A DNA stretch of 64,000 nucleotides. Origin: Utricularia gibba. Lineage: Eukaryota > Plantae > Magnoliophyta. Position 1 is the first letter of the stretch. Every line of letters begins with the position of its first letter. The stretch is taken from contig CM007991.1 in the NCBI GenBank assembly GCA_002189035.1, forward strand, positions 2,790,001-2,854,000, read 5' to 3'. Below the pieces are notes generated by a model. It was not told the origin of the DNA and did not search any database. It saw nothing but the letters and a program-made list of their open reading frames with translations. The position numbers and the translations under genes are program-made. This document shows positions 41,960 to 53,234 of this stretch, piece by piece.

Positions 41960-42042
41960 GTTCCCAATGATCTAATTTTTGTCATGATGTTTCAGCCTTG
42001 TCTGAATCCCGACTTGTGGACTGTTCCAATTTCTGAGGGAAC
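41960..42042 (+). ncRNA. Box C/D snoRNA with an 18S guide and a putative U6 snRNA guide
   Basis: 6-bp stem GTTCCC/GGGAAC; C-like ATGATCT 41967; D' CTGA 42002 preceded by GTTTCAGCCTTG (18S CAAGGCTGAAAC); D CTGA 42033 preceded by GTTCCAATTT (U6 AAATTGGAAC). Confidence 0.8.
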
Positions 42043-42870
42043 TAATGTTGTTTTCGCAAACCATTATTGCACCATGTCGAACTCACAACGCTTTCTTGAC
42101 CCTTAAAAGTTTCATCTTTGCAACGCAGGTCCACAGCTGCGTGAGGTCATCTGCTCACTAACTAATACCTGTATTTGTTTGTCTGTTGAAGGCGACTGAT
42201 TATGGTGATGCACCCAAAGATGGGCCTGTCGACCACTCATCTCCGAGCACAAAGGCCGTCATGGATTACTCCGTCGTTATTCTGTAATGGATGTTCTGTG
42301 TCAATTTCAACAATGTGTTGCCTGTCTGAACAGCGATTGGTGAAACTTAAGCAGCTTTTACATTTAACTCGGAATGCTCGATAACCCGGTTGTTCCTTCA
42401 GCTTCGTCAGCCAGTCCCATGGCTGCAGGCTAGGGAGAACTCGAAGTGCAACTGGTACACCACGTTTTCTAAAGATCCAAGGAGATGAACAGCAGCCCGA
42501 AACCATACCCGATCGAATTGCGAGAAGCAAGATATTTTTCACCTCTTCCCCCAGTGAAGGGCGGTTATTTATCTGAGAGTAATTCTCTTACGAAGAAAGG
42601 CGGGAAGCCCAACGAATATCTGACACGTCACAACTCGTGATTGAAGATATTTACTAATTTTCGGAGATAGTCATAATAATATTTGCAAATATTCTTAATA
42701 TCTTGGAATCTGATTTTTTTAATATTTGAATGAAATCGTCAAGATATTCTTAATATCTTGAATTCGTCAAGATCCGTAAATATAGACCTCCCGGTTTAGA
42801 CCTCCATAAATCCAGCCGTTGAAATCAGAAAGTCTTTCGTTCGTAGCCCTTGGATTCTGTTAGTCCTTTC

Positions 42871-42944
42871 TATATAAATCACACGCCGCCCCGCTCCAGC
42901 GTCGCGTCTTTGACGGTCTTCTTTTACGCGGGGTTTTACCCTAG
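42871..42944 (+). promoter_or_regulatory. Second TATA box plus telo-box-like element with no downstream protein ORF
   Basis: TATATAAA 42871-42878; TTACCCTAG near 42936. Confidence 0.45.
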
Positions 42945-43381
42945 TGGCTTTGGATTGGCTTTTTGAAAGGAGTTCCTGATGTCGTCTTGCGATTGTATCG
43001 GTGCTCCTTTTTTACAGACTGCTTCTGATTTTTCCGGTGGTGTTATGGGGACGCCGCTGCCGTGTACATAGCCTTTGACTCCTGGTAGATATTATCGGCG
43101 GTTATTGGCTCCTTTGTTGCAGGCTAAAATTCATTGTCTCGTTGACTGTTTTTGTTGATCGGTTGATATGCTTTCTTGATATGGTGTTTGACAGGTTTAT
43201 AATCTTCTCTATGTGATTTAGAGGCACGCCTGCTTCTTTGGTGTGAATCGCAATTCATCATCCCATTTTGATTTCTTTTATGCGCTTACGTGTCTTGTTA
43301 CGTTGGCATTTGATCAGTTTGTGGTCTTCAACTGGGGATGTGACCTTGCAGATGCCTGCGTCTTTCAAAAGCTATCACTGG

Positions 43382-43451
43382 ATGATGAATGATCATCTCG
43401 CAAATTCCAGGCGCATTCGTCGTAGTTATTCGTATACCCGCGAGTAGCTGA
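43382..43451 (+). ncRNA. Candidate orphan box C/D RNA
   Basis: ATGATGA 43382 and CTGA 43448 about 70 nt apart, with an internal CTCGC/GCGAG stem. No convincing rRNA target recalled. Confidence 0.4.
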
Positions 43452-44242
43452 TCATGGCAAGATAGTTCGCGGAATTTGGTATGTAGCAGCCCATCTTCTC
43501 GTTTGAATTGTAAATTGAATGTTTATGTCGCGTTTAAATCTGTTGCTGATTTGATCTATGGCTGATTTATATTCTCATCTTTATTCTGTTCGCAGTTTGG
43601 CAGATGTTTCATGATCATCTCCCAGCCCAACGCTCGTTGGACCCTACAGTTTGCTTGGATATGGCATAGGTTGGTATTGTTGTGTTCCTGCAGGTAGTAG
43701 GCCTTTTTGTGTCTCACAAAAGAAAACAAAGATGTGAGCAGGCTAGGCACTGTGTTCAAAGGCCTTTGCCATGTTGGGTGCGCTCGCATGGCAGGCCACA
43801 GTAATAAAAAGACTATTTTTTGGGTTTGGGGGGAGATGGTACGGGGATTTTGCCCGGCTCTCCTCCCCGTGTGTCGTGTCCTTTTCTTTTCGGCGCTTCC
43901 CCGCACCCCCCACCGCCCCTTGGCAAACCATCCACAGAATAATAAAAATCAATTTTGTACTTTTTGCATTTCAACGCCACCAGGTTCAGGTTCCTCGGAT
44001 GATTCTCCAAATTTCAACTTCTTTTTCACTTTTTGTATTTTTTAAAGGCGATGTTTCTTTTAAAGTATTTGCATGTTGGCAGTTATAGGATTGTTAGATC
44101 TTGTTGCACTATCATCTGTGGCATTTTTGTGATTGTAAATTGGTTGGCAAGGTCATACCTGGCTTCCATTGCTCCAAGGTTATTGGTAGGCCTGTTTGCA
44201 CTCCCCAACTCGTTGGCAGTGCGTTGTTAACTATGGTCATGT

Positions 44243-44321
44243 TGCTGGTGATTATTGTGCTTCGTTCTGGCGAAGAAGTATCGCCTAATGGATGCCGCTT
44301 GTTTTCACTTCTCTGACAGTA
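44243..44321 (+). ncRNA. Candidate box C/D snoRNA
   Basis: Stem TGCTG/CAGTA; C GTGATTA 44248; C'-like TGGATG; D CTGA 44313. The guide TTTTCACTT only partly matches 25S AAGTGAAGA. Confidence 0.5.
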
Positions 44322-44715
44322 TCAAGATGTGTATAATCATAACCATCTGGTAATCTTCAAATGAATCATCGATTTTTTTTCACCTGAAATCTTGGGGCTC
44401 TGTGAGCTACAGGATGAAACATTAGTGCGTTGGTGCTGGAGTTTTTCCACGGGAATGGCATATCTGAGTTTTTTACATGCTGTTTTAAATATGAGCAATT
44501 CCCTTCTCTGTTTCGATGGATCATTCCAAGTTAAAAAATGTGTGGGTTTGATGTCTTGAAAGCTTTGCCTCTGTGCTGCAGGAGTAATTGGACTGTTGAA
44601 TGAGGTTTTGGGTGATGCTTATTATGAGCTCTCTATGTTTGACAGAAATGACGCTTGATGATACTATTGCTCACGTTAGCTTGTCCGCGCAAGGCATACC
44701 GTGTGGTGTCTGGCT

Positions 44716-44795
44716 GGATCCACAAGCTCAAATGGTTGAGCTCTCAATCCCCTTTGTGGGTTGAGATAGTGGTGGTTCGACTCCACCTGGGTTCC
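44716..44795 (+). ncRNA. tRNA-like element (degenerate tRNA or SINE head)
   Basis: Acceptor GGATCCA/TGGGTTC; D arm GCTC/GAGC with GG; T arm GGTGG-TTCGACT-CCACC. The anticodon arm has an 8-bp stem and loop CCTTTGT, and U8 and A21 are not conserved. Confidence 0.55.
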
Positions 44796-45460
44796 TATTT
44801 GTAGCATTGTAAATAGCGGTAAGATCCGAATGTATTACGCAACAATGCAGGTCTCACGGAAGCAAAAGTACGACAACCATCGGTTTTTGTAAAGATGTCT
44901 TTTTTTTCTTCGGGTGGACTCTGAAAAGGAAGAAAATTGGGAGAGGAAAACTGGAGAGCATTCTACACCCGGGAGGCACAAACTAGCAGAGTGAGTCTTT
45001 TCGCTTGTTTTCATTACACATGCAAGTTCACAATCACAAATTCTTTTCAAGGCTGAATAATCGTTGTTGTCCTCCCTCTCTTTTTCAGTCCTGATGCGTG
45101 ATTGGAACAAAATGGTCAATAACCAATAACCTTCTTGTGCGTTAGTTTGTGCTTTGGGTTTGAAGAGGTTGCTCAAGCATCCGAAAACCAGACTCTTCAA
45201 AATGCCATGCTGGAATGGTGACACCCTTTGCCACCATCTTTTTGAAGATGAGGTGCAAGTTCGAGGCCTGGGACGGGGATGGAATGATCATTTGTGTTCA
45301 CCCATCGCTGTTTCCAACATTTTCGTGTGAGGGAATTGTTAAGGTCAAAGCAGGCCATCGTCATCTAGCCGCATGCATTAGTTAGAGGGATGAGAATTGT
45401 GTGTGGCATTTGCAAGTTTGTAGTAAAGAGCCGAGAGTATAAAGGGAAGAGTAAAACTTG

Positions 45461-46520
45461 TCATGCTTCAAGGCACTCCTTGACACCCTGCTCGAACTTG
45501 TCCAGACATCTTATGGTATCTCTCAGTGCGTCTGCGAGTCTCTCTCTGCACCCACAGAGGGAAAAGCCGGTATGGTGAATCACATAGTTCAGCTACAAGA
45601 AACAGCATTTCATCGTAATAGATTGGGTTTCCTCACCGATTTGAAAGGAGTTGAACATCGCCTTCCCTAGCAACAACATCCAGAGACGAAAACGATCTGC
45701 AAATCGAATGCAAGTTGGGTGTGATGAACAAGGCCAGAGAAGTATAAGGAGGCAACAACACTTCAAAACCTTATAAGATCCCCCAGCGTGGCTTCAGCTT
45801 GTAGCTTCACAGGATCTCTATCATCAAGCAACGATGACGCGTTCTTCACAATCAGACGAAATGTGCACACCTAAAGGTTGGATCACGCCTCACAATCTGA
45901 TGGTGAATCTATCTGTGTATATGGAATAAATCAGTTACCTCAACTCCAGTGTTGGCCTGGAATGCAACGAAGGAATTTCTGTTCTCGGGACACAATCCCT
46001 GGAAGCTGATATGAACTTGTTGTGAAACTCTTCCATTTCAATGTCGCTGAAATCTGCCTCACTTTGCACTATTTTGCAAGGGTAAGTCATTTTACATAAG
46101 CATCTGCTGCGAAAATGGAGTAAAAAGTGAATCTGCTTAACTAAGGGAGGCGAAGGCGGACTGAAGGATATCGCGGGAGGCGGAAACCGGAGCCAAGAGA
46201 AACTTGGCGGCGTTCTTCTTCTGCTCCTTCAGCCATTCTTTCGGTCCTGCTAAACAACACATACGAGCAGAAAAAAAATCGGAAGATAAGCCGCACGTTA
46301 ATTTAATACATTCTTCCTAGGACTAAAAATCGAAGGCGGTGGGTGAATTACAGATGCCTAATGAGAATGCAGATGAAATGCGCGGTTGAAGTAAAAATGG
46401 AACGAGAGTTGACAATAAGACGGCGGATTCTCGGCGGGAGAACAGTTTGGTTGGGATCGGCGGCCGTTGATGGAAGCATCGGATTGAAGGAGAAGCTGCC
46501 GCGGGGACGACGGAAGCCAT
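45461..46520 (-). CDS. Uncharacterised plant thylakoid-type protein (recalled as similar to Arabidopsis At2g36145)
   Basis: Bipartite transit-like peptide with RR (LFSRRESAVLL...SSAFSLGI|SGPKEWLKEQKK..FLLAP); RDCVPEN; VCTFRLIVKNASSLLDD; ends LDKFEQGVKECLEA*. Confidence 0.78.
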
Positions 46521-46610
46521 CGCCGGCGGAATCGTTTTCATTGGCTGGAGAGATTTCAGGATTTTCCAATTGCAAAAAAATGCAAAACTACAATAAAACT
46601 GAATAAAACA

Positions 46611-46682
46611 TATCGGAGCGAGGTTTCGATCCTCGGACCTGTGGGTTATGGGCCCACCACGCTTCCGCTGCGCCACTCCGAT
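46611..46682 (-). tRNA. tRNA-iMet: Initiator tRNA-Met (CAT)
   Basis: ATCGGAGTGGCGCAGCGGAAGCGTGGTGGGCCCATAACCCACAGGTCCGAGGATCGAAACCTCGCTCCGATA. A1-U72 pair and GATCG T-loop of eukaryotic initiators; T4 run downstream. Confidence 0.95.
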
Positions 46683-47701
46683 GGTACGGAATAAGGTTTA
46701 ATATCATCTTTTACCAAGAAACCGCCGTGCCGCCGTTAAACCCACAGGTATTAATGATCACTGTTTCTTCTCAAAATGAAAAAAGGAAGCGGAAAAGTAG
46801 TAAATAATGATAATAGTGGTAACTCGCGCCATAGCCGTTGTTTTTGGTGCGGGAGCGACTAGAGAGGTCATGGGGCGGGGAACCATTTCCCTGGTGGAGG
46901 CAATGGGAACTTGATTCCATGGAATCCAACTACCCAAAGCAGGGGAATACGGAAATACTCGAGGTCCTTTTGGATAAAGATTCGTTTTTTTTAATCCTTC
47001 CGTCACCCAATCACTGAAGCGGGGAAAGTAAACGGGTTGCTATGCTTATCTCATTTAATGTCTTGAGCAGAGAAGATACGACTTCAGAGACAAGGCAGGA
47101 GTATCGGTTCCGTTGGTGGTTGTCCAATTCAGGTGCTTCCTGGGAGTCCTCGGCTTTTCGGGAGTGTGCTTTATAAATAAGTGATGCGCATCGCCCGCAA
47201 GTTTTTGTTCAGAAGGAAGTTTGATTTTGCTCCAGGTTTGTTGGGTTTGCCATTTTTAACAGTCATAGTTGTTGCAAAAGATTGTGACTTGCGGGGTACT
47301 AGGGTCAGGTTAATCTATCATTTTCTCCCACTAGTTCGTTCATGTTGTCTCGATTAATTTTTGGTCTCGATTTGCATGAGATCCCGGTTCGATTGTCGTG
47401 AGCATGCGCAGTTGATATCCCGGTTCCTTGAACATTTTTTTCATGTCATATGATAAAATATTTTTTGAAACTTCACTGCATTTCAAGGGTTTACCCTTTG
47501 TGTATAACGCTGGACTACCAATATCATTTTTCGTCTTCCTGAGGTTTTTGAATTGGATTCAACACAGTTTTCAGAGGATATTTTTGTCCCATGTACATAA
47601 TCAAATTGAGGAGATTTCCGGGTTATCTTTCCAACCTCTGATAATGGTTTGGTTTGGCCTCCTCTATAGACTCAAGAAACAACCAGGTTGCTATAATACG
47701 T

Positions 47702-50700
47702 ATGATGGGTACATCGCAATCTGAGAAAAGAATCTTTTCTGAGGATGATAAACACCCACATGTATGGCCATCCCCTGAAGGAGGAGGAAATATTGGTATA
47801 GGAAAGCAAATCTTCTGCAACCGATCTCTTAACATGAGAAGCATTGCTGCTGTTGGGTTTGATATGGATTATACTTTGGCCCAGTACAAACCTGAGACCT
47901 TTGAAATTCTTGCCTATGAAGGGACCGTAAAAAGGCTGGTCAATGATTTTGGCTACCCCACAGAGGTTTTTGTTTTACTTTTTTTTTCTTATTCTGCCGC
48001 GTTTTCGGGTGTCTATTGAAGGTAACTCCAAATTCTGTTAAGTAACTCCAAGTTTAAGCTGATGAGAGTTTTAAAACTTCAATAGCGTAGCCTGCCCGAT
48101 TATTGTGGAAATAATCTTTTAGTTGATTATGTTGTTCAACATGACATTTTTTAGCATTCATTTTTTGGATTTGTATAATGTTGGCTATCCATCTGCAGTT
48201 GCTGAAGTGGACATTTGATTGGACTTACATGGTCAGAGGACTAGTCCTGGATAAAAAGAGAGGCAACATATTGAAGGTTTTTGCAAAGATATTTCTTCAT
48301 TCTACTGTAAATTATTTTGCTGCTATTTATAAGACTGGAAGTAACAGATGGATAGACACAAGTACGTAAAGGTGGCTTATCATGGATTTAGAGAGATGAA
48401 AAAGGAAGAAAAAGTTGCCACATATGGGAACACCTTAATTCGTGATGCGTTTGACGGGCCTGAATATGCTCTTATAGATACCTTTTTCTCCCTAGCCGAA
48501 GCTTACTTATTTGCTCAACTGGTTGATTTCAAAGATAGCAATCCAGAACTTTTGTCTGAGTAAGAAAATTCATTTGGTTTTTTTTGCTATATCGCTTAAT
48601 CCTCTGTTGTAGTGTGCTGAATCATGATGATGTTATCGTCACTGCATTTTGATGATGGTGCAGCTATTCTTGCATGTATAAAGATGTTAGGGCTGCAGTT
48701 GACATGTGCCATCGTGATGGAACTCTGAAAAAGATGGTTGCGAAGGATCCTGGAAGGTATTTGAATATTTGTTTCATCTCGTTCACATGATATAATTCTG
48801 CGCATAAAGAGGATTGTGTGGGGTCTATTTTTTCTCATCTGGGCATTCTACATGAATTTTACTTGATCAGTGAAGAGTTTTTATCTGAAGTCCTTGATTT
48901 TCCAGTTATGATATCATATCAGGTATATTATTGAGGATGCTTTGATCGTTCCAATGCTGAAGATGCTTCAAGATTCTGGCCGCCGCACGTTTCTTATAAC
49001 AAACAGGTAATGGATCTCCACCAGTATTATGCTTGAAGAGAGATCTGGTGTATGTTGCATGCTGACACTATTTTTATCCTCACAAGACTAACTCCATGTC
49101 TTTGGATCATCTTCATTCTGGATCAGTTCAGTATTGCTGTTGCTTTAATACATTACTCTAGGGACTCGAGACCCTTTGTTATGACAGAACTCATTTCCTT
49201 TTGCAGTTTGTGGGACTACACTAACATCGTAATGAATTTCCTCTGTGGATCAAGATCAGAAAATGCTCCTGCTAGTTTGAATCTTGATTGGCTCAAGTAC
49301 TTTGATGTGATTATTACTGGGAGGTAGTTGCCATTTCCTACTTTGAATATTTAAGATGTACATCCATTACCATTAATACTTTAAACAGTGCCAAACCAAG
49401 ATTTTTTCATGATGAGAACCATGCTAATCTTTTTGAAGTGGATACTGAGTCGGGTATGCTCCTAAATACTGATGATGGAACACCAATGCCTCAGGTCAGC
49501 CAGCATACACGCAGGCTTTGTGAAATGCTTTTTTCTATTAACTAACTTGAATCAGTTTCTGTATGATTTATGAGGTTGACGTTTCTCTAAGGCTGCCAAT
49601 GAAGAGACTTGACAAAAGTCCCTTAGTATTCCAGGTATGTGCATTTATTCCAGAAGGGGTGTTTGCTAGTTCTTTGACTTCCTCATTATCCCTCTTCATT
49701 ATTTTCACCGAGTATTTTGAAGTTCTTTTGGAGTTACATTTTCAGGGAGGCAATGTAGGCCATCTGAATAAATTGCTTTCAATAGAATCAAGTTCCCAGG
49801 TAATTGCACCTCGTTTGGAAGGCTTCCTCTGCCAATACTTGTCCATATGAAGAGGGTATCTGTTGTGGATGTTCTAAATGCGACCATCGTCATACCAAAA
49901 CCACTTGCTTCAACTACTGGGATACATCCCAATGATTTTGCCATGTCAAGATGAAAGCCTGTTTTAGAGAAGATTACTCCATTTATTGAAGTCCTATCTT
50001 CCCTGGACTTCATGTTTGCTACCTGATTTGTAGGTGCTTTATGTTGGTGATCACATTTACGGTGATATATTGCGCAGCAAAAAGGTTCTGGGTATGCATC
50101 CATATGTCTTTCGATTCCGGGTAGCATCACATATTGCTACATTTAGTTTCTGCATTTCAGTGCTTTGTTTCAAGCTAGTAACTTCACAAGACTTTTGATT
50201 GTGTCGTCTTTCCCATAAAAAGCTAGTTTCTTCTATAGGATGGAGAACAATGCTCGTTGTGCCTGAACTCGAGAAGGAAGTTGAACTTCTGTCGACTTTC
50301 AGGGATACCCGCAAGGTAAAAGAAAATGCACAGCAGTTGCTGCTGATTGTTTTCTTTTTCTTTCCTCATACTCTTCGTAATCTCGAGTCCATGCCTCGGG
50401 TAGGAACTTCAGCTACTGAGGAATAACCTTGTCCATATTGAAGACAAGAGAGACCACCTGAAGTGGAATCCGAGGTACACCTTCCACTAGCAGGCTTGAT
50501 GATAGATAGTTGCCTCCTCTGAGATGCAACCATTCCACTAGCAGGCTTGATGATGGGAGCATCTCCAAGGAAGATGTCGATGCGGAGCTCCAACAGTTGC
50601 AGGTTCGAATGCTACATGGATGGCATGTCTCCCATCGCACCCACCCCTGCTATCCATAAATTCGCAGTACATCGTCTTGGCAGTTGCAGCAGGAGCAGTC

Positions 50701-51061
50701 CCGGTGGAGACATCAACAGGCCCAACGCGAACACCATCAAAGGGTAAGAGGGTTATATCACCACATGTCAAGTGATGAGAGATCTGAGAAACTCTCCCAA
50801 TTCAGTTCCACAAGGTGTGGGGGCAGCTGATGAAGACGGGCTACCAGAGCTCACGCTTTGCACATCAGGTGCATTGCTTTCTTCTTCTGATCACAGCATC
50901 AGGTGCTTGCTGGGAACTCAAATGCATCCGCTCCTGCAGGTTGAGAGATTCGCGTGCCTGTATACGAGCCGAGTGACCAACCTGAGCTTCTACTCTCCGG
51001 ACAAGTACTACAGACCAAGCGAGGATTTCATGCCCATGAATTCGACATCCTCTCGTTGTGA
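47702..51061 (+). CDS. HAD-superfamily IG 5'-nucleotidase (cN-II/NT5DC family), multi-exon; start uncertain; apparent -1 frameshift at 51033-51035
   Basis: IFCNRSLNMRSIAAVGFDMDYTLAQYKPETFE; FLITNSLWDYTN; YVGDHIYGDILRSKK; GWRTMLVVPELE; FHKVWGQLMKTGYQ; VERFACLYTS...RPSEDFMP(H)EFDILSL*. Confidence 0.9.
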
Positions 51062-53234
51062 ATCAACAGCTTGCTGCTGATACTCGACTGCGTGTGTGGT
51101 GTGGGACTGGGACTCGGACTCGGACAGGGGAAAACGAATGTATAAATGCAAACGGTCTGAGGCCTGAACTCAAGAATAGTAATAATGATAATATTGAATA
51201 GCTGCGTACGATGCATCAGGATCAGACAGCTGAAAAGATGCAATGCATAAAAAATCTCAGCCCCACAACCCGATTTCTTCCTTCCTTGTAATGCCACGCG
51301 TCTCTCTGCTGTCACCCATCCCTCCCTTCTTCCCCACGAATCTCTCAAACTCAAGTGGGGGTGAAGGTGATGATGCATTTACCATTTGGGCTTACAAGAA
51401 ACTGGGCTATGGAGGGATGATCCCATTGCTGCAATTACAGAAGCGGACCGAGTCTCTCCCACACATTAACTGCTTGGTGTTAGAAGATGACAAGAAACCC
51501 TGTCCTAATCTGGGCCGGGCCTTTTTACTGTGCAGTCAAATTGGTGAACAGGGAGGGTAAAAGAAGAAGCACCAGGCGACGCGACGCTGCTGCTGCGTTG
51601 GGGTTAATACGAATGAGCCCAGGATGAAAGGGGAAGGGGAATGAAAGATTCCTTGACCCGTGAGTGAGTAACAAGGGTGCAATTGAGGCAGTGCAGCAGT
51701 GCCCACTTTTCCCAACTTTTCATCCAGAATCTGACTCATCAGAGATGCACCAACACTCAAGCTACACCAAAAGATTACCTTTTTTTTTTCGAAAAAACTT
51801 CATCTTAATGAGTCGTTTCACTGGTATTATAGTAAATCAAAGGCAGCTAGCCAGCCATTCCTTCATGCCTCCTCCTTTTAGAAAGAGCAGCATCCACAGG
51901 GAAAGCAAAAGAGTGAATTTTTACCCACAAGGATCTCTCTCAGCGGAAAAAGCGTATCTGTAATACATGAACTGCAATTCCTTCGTCCATGGGCGTAGCA
52001 AAACCTACCCACTGGCCCAAGCAGCACCAACACTCCAAAAAAAAAGGCAAACGGGCACATAACTGTGTTGTTCAATCTGAAAACTCCATCCATCACTTTG
52101 CCCCGACCCATGTTGAAACGAGGATGGAAAAGAGCTCCCTTCCCGGTGGGGGGGAATGGGTTTGGTTGAAATGTTCAGGCGCGTTTTGATAATCTCGTAA
52201 ATGAATTCTCTTACTTTTTCCAAAAGCAGAATAACTGGTGAACAAAGCCCAAAACTAGAAGCAGTATAAGCAGGACTGCGTTCCTTCTCCTTTACAGAGA
52301 AGAGAGAATATTTGCGGTAAGTAATTAATTGTATGCAGCCCCATCCCTCCTTCCTTCATTCAGTGCCCTATTACGCAGGCAGCTTTCGATATCAATTTTG
52401 ATTTTAAATTCCACCCCTCCCCTGTATTTATTTTTTTTGCTTCTAGGGGACTGGCTAGCTACCCTTTTTTTTTCTTCAGGAAAAAGGAAAGTGTGAGAGG
52501 GAGAGGAGATGGTGAAATTATTCACAATTTGTCAGACTCACAGCCTGTAACTGTTCAAAATCTTATGGTATTTGGTTTTCCATCTCCTTTCAAAAAAAAT
52601 ACAGAGGAGACTGTGCAGAGGCGGGGGTGGGGTGGGGTTTCCCAATTATCCAACCCTGACGACCCACAGTCCATTTATTACCTGGGCTTCCTCCCTCACG
52701 CACACACTGCACTGCAACACACTACTCCTACTGCATTTGCATTATTTAATCTTATCAAGATTGGATTTTTAGTGGGTAACAGTGGGGGTTAATTACCGCT
52801 GATGAGTTGAGTGAGGACTGGAGTGCAATAATGAGCGAGGCTAAGGGATGGGGCCGAGGGTTGCAGAGCGTGGGAGAGGACGAACATGACTTTGTCGGTC
52901 GTTTTATTTTTTTTTTCTTTCTTTCCATTTTCTATTTCTATTGTGTTCTCTTTCTTTAGCTTCATCACAAGAAACCAAGCTGTCTCTTGTTGGATGCTTA
53001 TTGGGCTGTTGGAACCCCAGCAACACACTTTGTGCTTCCTTCTTCCAAATCTCGGGGACTTGGGGTTCTGGGCTCCTGAATTTGCCATCGTTTACCTCAT
53101 GTGAACTGGAAAGATCCCATCTTGCCGGTGCGTGTCGATGGTGTTTTGCGTTGTTGGAAAACTTGGGGTTTTTTGGGATCTGTTTGGTGGTCGAAGGTGA
53201 AGTGGGAAAAGGGGGGAGATAAAGGAGAGTCATA

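Noticed and set aside
42202-42542. ORFs of 60 aa (+) and 101 aa (-) after the snoRNA cluster
   Set aside because: No recognisable domain. More likely the non-coding 3' exon of the snoRNA host transcript.
42661-42780. Short direct repeats ATATTCTTAATATCTTG x2 and TCGTCAAGAT x2
   Set aside because: A local low-complexity duplication. It is not a regular array and not CRISPR-like.
43820-43930. G-rich/C-rich foldback with CTTCCCCGCACCCCCCACCGC resembling miR482/2118
   Set aside because: Only about 15 of 22 positions match, the long duplex has too many mismatches, and an alternative local hairpin competes. It needs small-RNA data.
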